Positions 37,661 to 51,030 of a DNA stretch of 64,000 nucleotides are shown piece after piece. A model generated the notes under the pieces. The model was not told where the DNA came from. It worked only from the letters and a program-made list of their open reading frames with translations, and ran no database searches. The translations under genes and the position numbers were made by a program. The DNA comes from Rhynchobatus australiae (taxonomy: Eukaryota), in assembly GCA_034780895.1 (NCBI GenBank), contig JAUZTB010000033.1:44264700-44328699 (forward strand), written 5' to 3'. Positions within the stretch are counted from its first letter, which is position 1; every line of letters starts with the position of its first letter.

Positions 37661-38489
37661 GTCATCTATACTCATTGAACCAAAATTGGTCCCCTGACTT
37701 AATGATAATAATGAGTGATGTGCCAGATTTGTAATGGAGTACAAATCTGGTTCTGTTATGGAAGTTCCACATAACCTTGTGAATGCCCAAATTCAAGCTG
37801 CTGCATTTAAAATGAGCTGCAGTAAACCTGAAATATGCCATATTTCTCGAGTAATTTGGAATATTTATGTACAGTGGCTTCAGTATTTTGAGGAAACTTT
37901 TGATCGGATCCAAATTCAACAGCTATGGCATGTTGCTGTCTGCTCTGTGTGCCAACTTGAGGGGAGTAATCAGATTTAACCGGTGTCAGATTTGGCTAAC
38001 CCTGGACAACTACAAAAAAACTGGCCCAACATTCACTTTTGGATGTGAATTCACAGCCAAGAAGGAGTTTGAACCTTTGCGCTGTGCAGCTGCATCATTG
38101 AATTATCTTGTAGGACAAAGGATGTTAGCTAAAGCTCAGGANNNNNNNNNNNNNNNNNNNNNNNNNNNNNNNNNNNNNNNNNNNNNNNNNNNNNNNNNNN
38201 NNNNNNNNNNNNNNNNNNNNNNNNNNNNNNNNNNNNNNNNNATTTAATATAATGGTAGTGTCTTGCAGCACAACAGAAGGTATCATCAATGTGAAGGTAG
38301 GACTTTTGTTATCACTCCGAGGAATATTACAATGGACAAACTTTACCACAACAGAGTGAGAGGATGACATTAAATAAAGTTTTCCTTGGTTCCTTGCCAC
38401 CTGTTTCACCTAGTCTGGTGCCTATGAACTTCAGTGCTGTTGATACAAGACATACTCAGGAACCTTGGAGGAGTCTGTGACCTTAGTTA

Positions 38490-38910
38490 TCCCATCGAGA
38501 GAAGCTGGGCAGTTTGGGGCTGTATTCTATAGAGTTTAGAAGAATGAGGGAAAATTTTATTCAAACATGTAAGATTCTAAGAGTTTGACAGGATAGTTGA
38601 GATGTTTTTACTCATGGGAGAATCATGAACAAGAGGGTCATAGTTACAAAATAAGGACTCAGTCACTTAAAACTGAGGCAAGGAATTTCTTCTCAGAGTA
38701 ACGAATCACTGGAATCTGCCAGAGAGTGGTCCAGACCAGAACAATGGATACATTCACGATGGAGATGATAAACATTTGAAATATCAAGGAATGGAGGGTT
38801 ATGGGGAACTGCACAAAAGAGGAATTGATGCCAAAGATCACCCATGATCATACTGAATGGCAGGAAGACTTGAGGGACCTGGTGGCCTACTGCTCCTATT
38901 TTCTTGTGCT
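38490..38910 (+). mobile_element. CR1 3' fragment
   Basis: tttagaagaatgagggaaaatttt...tggcctactgctcctattttcttgtg. Confidence 0.8.
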
Positions 38911-39279
38911 CTGGTTTGGGAGACACTATTAGTGAAGCTTTAGTGCGTTGCTGCCCTGCATTCAGCAAATTGACACAAGCTCGTCCTGGTTATTCGTTAT
39001 AGAAGTACTTAATTGATGGGCTGCTGAACAAGCAAGCTACAGTGTTGTGATTGACGTGCAGCCATCCAGGAGAGTAGAAAGTATCACATCACATTCCTTA
39101 CATACTATGTATTTGGTAGAAGTTGTCTCAGAACATCTAGTGTATGTGAGTGGTAGTAGGTGTAGAGGATAGAGCAAAGGACCAAGATTTGAAAATCTAC
39201 TTAAAGAAACGTTTGCATTTTTTGAGAGCTTTCCACTTTAGTGCACATATCAATTTTATACACCATCCAGTGAAACATA

Positions 39280-39820
39280 ATCAAAAAATAATAAACTGCA
39301 GCTGTTGGAAATCAGAAATAAAACTGAAAATACTCATTAACTGTCTCTGCCTGGCATGCAGAGTGCTTCCAACAGATTTTGTTCAGATTTTCAGCATCTG
39401 CAATTTTATTGTTCACTTTCAATACCCAGCCATTTCTGAACTCACTTGGGTTTTTCTCTCTCCACACAAGTTGCCAGACTTGCTGAGTTTTCTCAGCATT
39501 CTTCTTTATTTCAGATTTCCAGCAGTATTTTCCCTCCCCTCCATCCTCTATTTACACCTCTTCCAGACAGACAAGCTGCTGTTAACAAGCCTCCAGAGTC
39601 CTTTCATAGTTAACACCAATCTGCGTCGTCCATCATCTTCTGGTTTCTCCTATTATCAGTGCACTCCATTTGTTGCCACAGTCGCTCTGCCCTTTGCTGC
39701 AAGTTTCAGTATGCTTTTTTTTAAAATATAAATTTTACCATTTTTGGGCATCAACCTGAAACAGATGCAAGTTTCTCTCTACAAAGATGCTGCCTGACTG
39801 AGCACTTCCAGCAATTTTTG
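39280..39820. mobile_element. Cluster of Penelope-like terminal fragments in both orientations
   Basis: Repeated ttcagattttcagcatctgc / tgctgagttttctcagcatt / gatgctgcctgactgagcacttccagc motifs. Confidence 0.55.
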
Positions 39821-41299
39821 ACGATAGTGTTCTATTGAAGATGATAAACCTAGATGGATGTTCCCTCTTAATCACTTTACCATTAATTAGAAGGCCTGGG
39901 GGGGGGGGGGGGGGNNNNNNNNNNNNNNNNNNNNNNNNNNNNNNNNNNNNNNNNNNNNNNNNNNNNNNNNNNNNNNNNNNNNNNNNNNNNNNNNNNNNNN
40001 NNNNNNNNNNNNNNNNNNNNNNNNNNNNNNNNNNNNNNNNNNNNNNNNNNNNNNNNNNNNNNNNNNNNNNNNNNNNNNNNNNNNNNNNNNNNNNNNNNNN
40101 NNNNNNNNNNNNNNNNNNNNNNNNNNNNNNNNNNNNNNNNNNNNNNNNNNNNNNNNNNNNNNNNNNNNNNNNNNNNNNNNNNNNNNAGTAATGAGAATAT
40201 TATGGATTTGTGCTTTGAATGACTTGCGAATGAAACTGGGAGCCAAGTTTATAGCTTATATCATGAAGTTAATTTACAGGTGGCATCAACACATGTGGGC
40301 ATTGATCTGGGGAGTAACAAAATAAGCAGAGAAGTAGCAGATGAATATTAATATAGACAGCCCAAAATTCTATACTGAAGAATAAATTCAGGTGACTTCA
40401 CTCTTCATGGAACATGAATTACATACACCTAAATGTCAGGTAATTTCATTTCATGGATCCTAACAAATTGTAATTACCTTTTTTTTTAAATTAGCAACAA
40501 CTTTGAAATTTTTTAATTTGGTCTTATGTTTTATTAGCTGAAGAAATTTCTGAAAAGATTACACTTCACAGTTAGCAAGAGGAAGACATATTTTAAGCAA
40601 CAGGAAGACACACATTAAGCAACTTCTGATCATTTTTAAAAATGTTCTCCAGTGTTAAGTTTAATTGTATCAGTGCAGTATAAATGGCAGAAATGTTTAC
40701 TTCCTGTAATAGATAGAAAATAGATGAGGCTGACATGAATAATTTAAAATATGTTCTTAAACGCAGCCAACATTTTTTCAAAAAGACTATAACAAGAGTC
40801 TTCATATGTGTATGTCAAATGTTAACTGCTTCTTTCCTTGTAGAAGCTGACTGACCTTACAGTTCAACATTTTGTTTTGATTTCAGATTTCACATTCACA
40901 GTCCTTTGTTTTTGCAGGGGATATCAGTTGATGTTTTCCTTTAATGAAAGGCCTAATAATGTAGAATACAATTTACATCAACAATAATTTGCTTAAAAAT
41001 ATTAAACTGCCACCTCATGTCCTCTCTGCAACTTGTCTGCATATTGATTAAAGCTGGTAAAGATGATTATCTCAGCAATGGCATTAAGTGCCTAGAATGG
41101 CACCATGCATAGTTAGTCATGGCTGTTACTCAGATGTGTCAGCAAGTCAGATGCATGATCTGTTAAACCGGTCGAATGACATTGTCTGATGAATGTTAGT
41201 CGTGTTTTCTTCCAATTGGCATAACAGATTCCGACAGATCCATCCAAACAAATCAACAAGACCACAGCACAAGTTTCAAAAAAGAACTCCATAGGGATA

Positions 41300-41482
41300 T
41301 CATAGCTCCAGCAATACAAGTTCAGTCCTGACCTGCAGTGTTGTCAGTGTGGTTTGCACATTCTCCATGACTGCACATGCTTCCCCCAAGTGCTCCAATT
41401 TCCCTCCAGCCCCAAAGTCATGCAGATTGATAGGTTAACTGGCAAATGGGCGTTTGATGGCCAGTGCAGATTCAGTGGGCCA
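41300..41482 (+). mobile_element. V-SINE, decayed, runs into gap
   Basis: gttcagtcctgacc...gtgtggtttgcacattctcc...gtgctccaatttccctccagccccaaag. Confidence 0.7.
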
Positions 41483-42721
41483 NNNNNNNNNNNNNNNNNN
41501 NNNNNNNNNNNNNNNNNNNNNNNNNNNNNNNNNNNNNNNNNNNNNNNNNNNNNNNNNNNNNNNNNNNNNNNNNNNNNNNNNNNNNNNNNNNNNNNNNNNN
41601 NNNNNNNNNNNNNNNNNNNNNNNNNNNNNNNNNNNNNNNNNNNNNNNNNNNNNNNNNNNNNNNNNNNNNNNNNNNNNNNNNNNNNNNNNNNNNNNNNNNN
41701 NNNNNNNNNNNNNNNNNNNNNNNNNNNNNNNNNNNNNNNNNNNNNNNNNNNNNACCATAAAAGGGCACAAGTCTTTAAAAACATCATGATGCACTACTTC
41801 CCTTTAGAAATAGGAGACCTCTGCTATTGCTGCAGTTACACATTCTTTTACTGGCTTACTGCTTTCACAGTAGCACACTGAACAGGTTCAAATGCATCAA
41901 CAGTATCCACAAGTGTCAATGGAATCAGCTAAAAAGAACATCCTCAGAGAGAGGACTTACAAATAGGGTTCAACATACATTGGGAGAGAAAGCAAAGTGA
42001 GTCTATATACAAAATATTTCTTGTTTAATCATACTACATTAATGTCACAATAATACTTTTTGTAAAAAAAAAGAGTAAATCAAGTTTTTCCTGCAAAAAA
42101 AAATTAAATGGTGTCAAGAGTACTATTCCACCAAATTTTTTTACAAGATTTATCGAAACCCAGATTGCATTCTGCATCCAACTACAGTGTTGCCCTTCAC
42201 TCTACAATGTTACTTCCAGAGTACTGAATCAGCTGAAAAGTACACAAGTCAAAGAAACCAGATTTTGCAAAAGAAAAAAATTCTTCCATTGTGCCTTGTG
42301 AATTATCATTGCTTTGTTAGAAGCTATAAGCTTTGACCAAAATTGAAATGAAAATAAATTTTTAAAGAACTAAACAAAATCATTTATCATTAGTGCAAGG
42401 TATGACTGACAGATTTTATTTTAAACAAAGCACACCAAAGGATCTTTGCAATTCCAGAAATTAAAGTTAAAATGTCTTAAAGGACTAATGTTTAACACAG
42501 TTGCACCAGCTTATATTCATTTTAATAAACTTATTTCCTTACAATTTTCAATTTCCTTTTCAAAGCAGTGATCTATTCTGTTATGCAATTATACAGTGCC
42601 ATCACCCACTAGTATCTTGCCATTTTTATAAACAAAATCCAATACACAATGAATATCAATAATCTATTTAACCACAGCAGCACTATATCCAAGCTTAACT
42701 CTCATCTAATTCCCACATTCA

Positions 42722-42880
42722 TTAGAGTCACAGAGTCATAGACTTGTACAGCATGGAAACAGGCCCTTTGCCCCAACTCATTCATGCCAACCAAGGTGCC
42801 TTCCTGAGCTGGTCCCATTTGACTGAAATTGGCCCATATCCCTCTAAACCTTTCCTATCCATGTACCTGTATAAGTGTCT
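42722..42880 (-). mobile_element. CR1 3'UTR fragment
   Basis: agagtcacagagtcatagacttgtacagcatggaaacaggccc...cctctaaacctttcctatccatgtacctg. Confidence 0.8.
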
Positions 42881-43369
42881 AACTTCTATTAGTTACTAGA
42901 AAGAATGAAAGGAAGGCACTTTGACAAGTTATTTTTTTCTTCCCAGCTTTGGCACACCATTGCTAAGATCAGCGATGTTTGAGGCAAATCTTCCTCTCCC
43001 CCTGCCAGTGTGCCACATTGTTTGCTCCAGCATGATCTCCAGAGCAGTCCTCTACCGGAAACCTGGCTCGCATCACAGCTAGATGCAGATAACTTGCTGG
43101 GCTCATCGAACAGCTTTGACAGCCAATGAAACCCTACTTCCAGACTCTCTTCCCCAAAGGCTTCTCTAACATGCAGTAACAGTTGGAACACTTTAAAAAG
43201 AAATGTTAAATTCAAATTTTATCTTTACATTTAAAAAGTTAAAAGGTATGGCAGTGAGGAGGAGCAGTGGGAATTTGAAGAGTCTGTTGCAGGTGAGAAG
43301 CTGTTTCTTTTACTCACATCAACCTTAGCAGCAAATTAAAGGGAGGTGATCTCTGCAGTGCTGCTATTT

Positions 43370-45440
43370 TGAGAAGGGTTGCTTTGAGGAGGAATTGCTG
43401 CCGCTAGGTCCAAGTGCAGGCTTTAGCGAGGAGGGCAAGCAGCAATAAGGCAAAGTAAGGTAAGATTTTTCCTTTTTCTCACATCCACTAGTCTATTAAA
43501 GAGGCAGTGATAGTGGTCAGTGGAGTGGTATGTTCCTCCTATGAGACGTGAGAGATCAGGGAGAGGTCAAGTGTCCCTGACGACTATGTCTGCTGGAAGC
43601 GTGTTGAGCTGCAGCTCCTCTCAGACCACGTGGATCAGTTGGAATGGCAGTTAGACTCACTGAGCATACAGGATGCAGGGAGTGTTATAGATTGGAGCTG
43701 AGAAAGTGATCACACCTGCTTGCCCTTATTGGTGATCACCCATCTTATCAGTCCGATAGATAGGTGACTGCCAGCGAGGGCAGGCTGGTAGTGGGACCCT
43801 CCCATGGCTGTTCCCCTCTCAAACAACTATACCATTTGATACTGTTGGTGGGGCGGGGAGCCTCTCAGGAGGCCATAACAGCAGCAGCGAGATTAGACGC
43901 AGCACGACTCGCTCTGTTGTACAGCAGGATAGGCCAAAGACCATGCAAGAAATAGTGACAGTATTTTTTAGTCAGGGGCACAGATGGGCATTTCTGTGGC
44001 ACGAGCAAGACTCCAGGATGAGGTGTTGCTTCCCTGGTACAAGGGTAAAGGGCATATGAGCAGGCACAAGACATTCTGTTAGGGAGGGGCGAGCAGCCTG
44101 AAGTCGTAATCCATACTAGTACTAATAACATAGGCAAGAGGAGAAACGAAGTCCTGCAAAGAGATCTTAGGCAGTTAGGCATCAAGTTAAAAAGCAGGAC
44201 CTCTTTGGTTGTAATCCCAGGATTACTTGCTGTACCACATACAAGCAAGGCAAGAAATAGGGACATAGTACTGTTCAATGCATGGCTAAGGAGCTGGTGC
44301 AGGAGGGAGGGAGGGCTTCAGGAACTTGGATCATTGGGCTCTCTTCCAGGGCAGGTGGGACTTGTACAACAAGGATGGATTGCACCTAAACCAGAGCAGT
44401 ACCAATATCCTTGCAGGGACATTTGTTAGTGCTACTCTGGAAGGTTTAAACTAGCATGGCAGCAGGATGGGAACTAGAGCGGTGGATCAGCAAGTGGAAC
44501 AACTGATGGGAAGGCAGACGTTAGGTCAAGTAAGGCTGGAAGGTTGAACAGGCAGGGCCAAATTAATGAAAACGGCATGGCTGATGTATATTCAGTTCAA
44601 TGCAAGTACACAGGCAAGGCAGATGAACTTAGGGCCTGGATTAGTACATGGAACTACCATGTTGTAGCCACTACAGATATTTGGTTGAGAGAAGGGCAAG
44701 ACTGACCCTTCAACATTCCAGGATCCAGATTGTTCAGACGTGATAGAGGGATGCAAGATAGGTAGGGGAGCTGCTACTGAGCAGGGAGAACATCGCGGCA
44801 GCACTTAGAGAGGACATCCTGGAGGACTGACTCAACCAATGTGGCAATATGGATAGAGCTCAGGATTAAGACAGGTGCAATCACTATGGTGGAACTACAT
44901 CGTAGGCCTCCCAACAGCCAGTGAGAGATAGAGGAACATATGTGCAGGGAGACTATGAAAAGATGCAAAAGCAACAAGGTAGTTGTAGTGGGTGACTTTA
45001 ACCTCCTCAGTGTTGATTGGGATTCACCTCGTGCCAGAGGCTTAAAATTGGGCAGAATTTGTTAGGGGCATCCAAGAATGTTCCTTGACACACTTATGTA
45101 CATAATCCAACCTGGGAAGAAGCCTTACTTGACCTTGTGTTAGGAAATGAGCCTAGCCAGGTAATTGGAGTTTCAATGGGAGAGCATTTTGAGAACAGCG
45201 ATTATAACTCCTTAAGTTTTCAGACAGCCATGGATGTGGTTGGTGCCTGGAACATGCTGCCAGGGGAGGTGGTGGAAGCAGATACAACAGCACTGTTTAA
45301 GAAGCATTTACACAGCCACATGAACAGGCAGGGATATGGACCACATGCAGACCGACAGGGTTAGTTTGGATGAGCATCAGAATCAGCAGAGACATTGTGG
45401 GCCAAAGGGCCTGTTCCTATGCTGCATTGTTCCATGTTCA
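43370..45440 (+). mobile_element. CR1 LINE with ORF1 (zinc-finger/leucine zipper + SGNH esterase) and ORF2 endonuclease, joined directly to a CR1 3' end (RT missing)
   Basis: ORF1 remnants VCSS..VPDDYVCWKRVELQLL, EQPEVVIHTSTNNI, LFNAWLRSWCRREG, KDGLHL. APE remnants KADELRAW, VVGDFN, LDLVLGNEP..SDYNSLSF. At about 45230 it jumps to WNMLPGEVVEA and the 3'UTR. Confidence 0.85.
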
Positions 45441-46489
45441 CAATCATACTCACACAATAACAATTAAAATCAGTAAAGCAAATAAATAATAAAAGTACAA
45501 CTCCACAGGAGTTGATGCATCCCATTCACTTGGGCAGAGACAATCACACTTCCGACAGCTTTAACAGTGCAGGCTTGGGCTGTTTTCCCGGCCTGAGAGC
45601 TGGAAAATTGTGCTGCCCCATTGGGACTCTGATGATGAGTCCACCAGAGCAGCACAGGGGCAGCTGTCAGCACAGGCAACAGGAAAAATGATGCAATAGC
45701 TGATTTAAACCAAAGTCACTGTTGCAAACTGGGACATCCATGGGAATACACAGGTAAATCCCAGAAATAGCACAGGCTTTGGGGCGAAAGATCTACTCAC
45801 TCTTACATCAGATGGTGCATTCTACTCTACTTCGTTTTCACCCAGCTAGCAGAGGAAGCCCATGAAAACAAACCATTAATTCACCTCAATTTCCCCAAAG
45901 GAACAGGATGGGTTCACATTGTCAATTTCAATTTACAATTTAAACAAATAAAGCAAGAAATAGGAGGATTCACCATCCAGATTCACAAGAAAAATGGCGA
46001 CGAATGAAGGAACAAAAGTTGCTGGCAATACTTTTCATGTAAACAAAAATGGCTTGAAATTTTGAAAATCTTCAGTTATATGCATTTCATACTTAAGTCT
46101 GCCCTACTGAAAAATAATTCATAGTATAATCACTTCTGTATTTAAGTAGCAAAAATTAATTACTGTACATCTATGTGAATAGTTTCTTAAATTAGAAAGC
46201 AACAATACTTCAAAATATTAAGCAGCATTAAAGCACTTGGGACATCTTGGCATGAAAAAGTTTCTATACAAGTCTCCCCTTCCTCTCACGTATTCAATGT
46301 TTATTACACAATACCTATATTTGGGCTTAACCTGGTTAATGTCTGTAGTCTTATTTTTCTAATTATAATATGGCGATTCTGACATGCTACAGCAAATTTT
46401 ATGAATCCTTTATTGAAGCATGAATTAAACACATACTAGTCATGAAAACTAGCAAATTATTTGTGAACTATTATTCCAGTCACAAATCT

Positions 46490-46640
46490 GCAGATGTTTT
46501 GGGTCACTAAGGGACTCAAGAGAATATGGTGACTGGGCAGAAATAGGAATTTGATGTCTAGGATCAGCTATTGATTTTATCGAATGACACAGCATACTCG
46601 AGGGGCCGAATGGGCTATTCCTGTTTCCATTTCTTACATT
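46490..46640 (+). mobile_element. CR1 3'UTR fragment
   Basis: ctcgaggggccgaatgggctattcctgtttccatttcttac. Confidence 0.7.
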
Positions 46641-46929
46641 ACATTCTTAAAAGTCATCTTGGGTAATAATTAGGTAAACTTCTTTCCATTACATACATAA
46701 AGTCCCATGACAAAAAACTCAGCTGTGGCAAGCAAAAAAGTACAACTCTGATTGTAAAATAATTTAGAATATACACATACTACAGCTTATTGTTAGTAAT
46801 TCAGTCTTTTTTTGCAATATCTAATAATTTGAGTTAAGCAATGTAAATGATACAGAAGACCACCAATTCCATACGAAAACTGAAAGGATCAGATCATTTG
46901 CACTAAGTTTGCAGAAACTCTGGGAAAAC

Positions 46930-47165
46930 TAGAAGTTGCCCTCCAAGCCACACACCATCCTGACTTGGAAATATTTTGCCATTCCTTCATTGTTGCTGGG
47001 TCAAAATATTGAAACTCGCTCCCTAACAGCATTGTGAGTATACCCACACCTAAAGGTCTGCAGCGGTTCAAGGCTACTCACCATCACCTTTTAAAGGTGA
47101 ATTAGGGATGAACAATTAAGTGCTGGCTCAGCCTGCGAAGCCCACATCCTTGAATGAATAAAAAA
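46930..47165 (+). mobile_element. CR1-clade (second subfamily) 3'UTR
   Basis: ccctccaagccacacaccatcctgacttggaaatat...cccacatccttgaatgaataaaaa. Confidence 0.75.
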
Positions 47166-50100
47166 TTACTAACAGATTCATAAAACCCAAGTGACATTGT
47201 AGCCTAATAACATACACACTATTATCTACTATTCCTTCTGGAATGTCTCAGGTAACAAAGAAACCAACTTTCACATGCTGTGGTTTATACACAACCAAGT
47301 CAGCTACAAAGCAAGATTATTTCCATCAATGATTGGATAACATTTCCAATGAAAAAAGTAACGATGCAATTTCAAATGAACAAGGGCAGCAGGCACGTAG
47401 GAACATCACAGCCTCCAAGTCACACAGTATCCTTGCTTAGATCCTGACCATTCCTCATCAACATTGGGTCAACATTTTAAACTCCCTATCCTATAGTGCC
47501 ATGAGAGTACTTTTGCCACAAAGATTGCACTGGCTCCAGAATCAATTGCCATCACATTCTTAAATCGTAATAGCGAAAGGCAACGAATACCAGCAACACC
47601 TTTGAAGTAATAAAACACTAAGCTAGTTTCTCATAAGTGAATGGCTTTCAACAATGACTTAGCATTCATGTACCACCTCTCACACAGCAAAAGGCATCAA
47701 AGGAAATTCGACACAGAGCAACATAACAGGAGACCAAAAGATGTAGGTTGTCAGAAGCATCCTGGCCAGACCCAGGTTTTAGGGAGGGAGTTTGAGGGCT
47801 TGGATCCATACAGCTGAAGGCATGTGTGCCAAAGAAAAAGTGATACAAATAAGGAATGCACAAGGGCAATAGTCTATTGGACCTTTCTGCTCTGCTACTC
47901 AATCACACAATAGTCAATCCATATCCCAACTGCATCCATTCACTCTGCTTCACACCCTCAATATTCTTGTTTAGCAAAAATCTGACTATAAATTTATAAT
48001 CTAAATTAAGTAACTTGAGGCTTGTTTTAAAATATAGTTTAGAGTAAGCTTCAAGCAAACAGCTGTACTCCACCCAACTTTTTTTCCTAAAAGTGCTGTG
48101 CACTAAATTGCAGCATGCCAAAATATTTTTAATGTTAACTTGGGAGCTATCTATTCTGGTTTTCAAGAAGGGTGGTGTCTCTACTTCAAGCATTGTTATC
48201 ATTACAATTTGTAATAAAAGTACTAAAAGAGTTTTAAAAGTAAAACCTCTAAATTGAAAGGAAACAGTACAAATTGAAAGCCAAATGCAAGGAAGAAGAT
48301 AGTCTATTTGTGTGAATAGTTTGTAACCCATGTGGTTTACAGGGTTGTTTAAAAACATTTCCTGTATACCATATAACCAAGTGGTAAAATGTATATAATG
48401 GATTCCAGTCACATTTATTGGAAATTATTTCTCAAAAAAAATATGCGATGCTAACATCACAATCCTCATGGACATTTAACATGTTGTATACACGATCAGT
48501 GGAAATTGTGATCAAAAGCTATTTGTGCAAAACAATCAATTTGTTACTACAGATCTTGTTGCCCATATTATTGAAAACTTCCAAAACTACAAACTAATCC
48601 CAACATGCAAACATTAGAAACTATTCCAATGACATCACACTTGCCTTGCTACCAGATTACTTTGTGTTTTAGTGGTACACACATTAAAATCACTGCAGGA
48701 TGACTAGGATTAGTAAAATACTTCAGTAAGAACATATTCTTACATATCTATACAAAGAGTGCTGTTTAATGTCAGTCTTGAATGTTGCCTCAAGAAAGTA
48801 TCATGAAAAGGGTGAAGAGAGTGGTAGAGGCAACAAATCAATTATTTAATATTTTGAAAGCGTTTATATTGTGCAAAAATACTACTATAATTTCGTAACT
48901 ACTATGTCCCTTTCATACTCCTGGTACTAGAAGTATAATGAAGTAAATTAGAATTTAACTTCTGTTGATGATGCAACTTTTACAGCTTGACCAAGACACT
49001 GCTATATGAAAAAAAATGTGAACTTCTCTCATGAGCAGCAATTAACCCATTGTTGACTTTAAGGCCTACTTCGACAATTATCTTCGCAGCAGTCCTAAAG
49101 CACGGAACAAGATGTTGCAACTGCCCTCCAGAACTGCAGAACCCTACCACTGGCAATCAGCCAATAAAGTGATATTCAATTTACAGGCACAGAGCCACAG
49201 AGGCTTTGGATTCTGCTTTGTGAACCCTGACATATGGTCCTATTTACGCATATTTCTTTTGTCGATTTTCTCCAATTGAATTCTGTAGTTCTGATTGTTT
49301 TGAAAGGTTTTTTTTTCAGAAAACTTTTGTCACCCTATTTTTGGATGCATCCTAAACCTAAATTTTTTGTGTGGTCTGGGGGAGTCTCTGGTATGCACCT
49401 ACAAAAGCAAACTTGTGTCCAACAATAAGCCTCTGACCTACGTTGCAAGTTCCAGACCTGCCCGTGTCAACTTGCTGCACAAAGTTATCCTGACCTAAAG
49501 TCAACAAGGCCCCATGCAACAGTACGGCCTTCCACATTTTATGGGCAGAACTAGTTGTGACCTGCCCACACAACAGCTGAAAATATCCTTGAAAGCAGGA
49601 ATAAGGTACATACTGACATTCAGCAAATTGTCAAAACTTGGAATGCACTCGACATTAAAAAAAATTTAAACAAACATTAATTGGATAAAAAGTTTTACTT
49701 ACCTAGGTCTTCTGAAAATTCAAAAAGGAATAGATTTACTGTTCCTACATCAAGTTCAGCTGGCAGATTCGCCAGTATAACTGCTGGAGAATTGCAGTAA
49801 ACTCAACCTCTGCTGCTGGCCTCCAGGAAATCAAATGTCAGAACATAACCAGCCAAGGATGTTAAGTTAAAGGCATCTGCTTTCACATAACAATACTAAA
49901 CTCAGTAGCATTTATGCTGAATTGCCAATGTGGAAGTCCCTGCATTTCATGGCAAATATCAATTCCTTCAATGCCTCCAAGCAAAAGGACTGGTAAAACA
50001 CAAAAATCTCAATTTCGAATTCCAGTTATTCATGATATTTCTAACAACTGAAATTACTTTTCCTTTTTTAAATGTTCCCACACATTATTCTCTTTATTAA

Positions 50101-50809
50101 TAAGGTAGCCATTAACCCAGGTGTTGTATTCATCTTATAAAGTCTGTATATGAATAGGGTTTCCAGAATTTGACCACAGGTCCTCCCCAGATTACGAATG
50201 CCCAGTTTATGTGCGGCCTGTGCAAACAAACGAGTGTTTGGGAAGCCAACAGAATCAGTTTGATCGCTACTGCGGGGCTGTTGCACCTTCTGCTGGTTGG
50301 GAACACTGCAATAATATCTGACTGGTCGAGTTAATTGACCTGATTTAACTACGTTGCTCGTGGTTGGCCTTTGCTTAAATATGTTGTTGGGCAGCCTCAT
50401 TTCCAACTTGAGAACTATTCAAGTTACTAACAGTTCTCTGGAATGGAACTCTGTCATGACCTGAGAAGGCCTTAAGGTTATTTCAATGCAAAGATTCACT
50501 GAAAATCTGCCCAAATTTTGCTGGGCTTTGCTAGCCACTCAACACGGAAATACTAGCATTTACCATTTAGGATTTGTGCACAAATGCTTATTCAGATCTT
50601 GCTTACAGAGCTCCAATGTTAATTTCCCTACAGTGCTTCACCACTGGATATCATATGGAGCTGAACAGTGGAGAAGCTGCTTGTTGGAAATCCCCAACAT
50701 TTACACTGGGAGATTCTGTGCTGGATTACAAACACAGAATACATGGGCCTATTCACTTGAATGAGGATTGTAAGAGTGCAAACAAGAAAGAGTTACTTTA
50801 TTTTTAAAA

Positions 50810-51030
50810 AACTAAAACAGAAAATACTGGAGCAGCTCAGTCAGCATTTGTGAAAAAAGAAACACAGTTAACATTTTACATCACCGGCCCTTTGTCAGTA
50901 GTGATGAACGGTTTTCCACCTGATACATTATCCATTTCTCTTTCCACAGAGTTGCTGCCTGATCTGCTGGGTGTCTCTGGCATTTTCTGTTTTATTTTAC
51001 ATTTCAAGCATCTGCAGTTTCTTGATTTGC
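50810..51030. mobile_element. Fold-back Penelope-like fragment
   Basis: Left arm aaaacagaaaatactggag...gaaacacagttaacattt is inverted relative to right arm ...tttctctttccacagagttgctgcctga...cattttctgtttt. Confidence 0.6.

Noticed and set aside
39150-39731. 193-aa plus-strand ORF
   Set aside because: Runs through repeat fragments, is F/L/S-rich and has no recognisable domain.
45629-45660. CTGATGA as another hammerhead core or C/D-box snoRNA
   Set aside because: No appropriately spaced GAAA/NUH or D box follows. Kept only as a plain hairpin.
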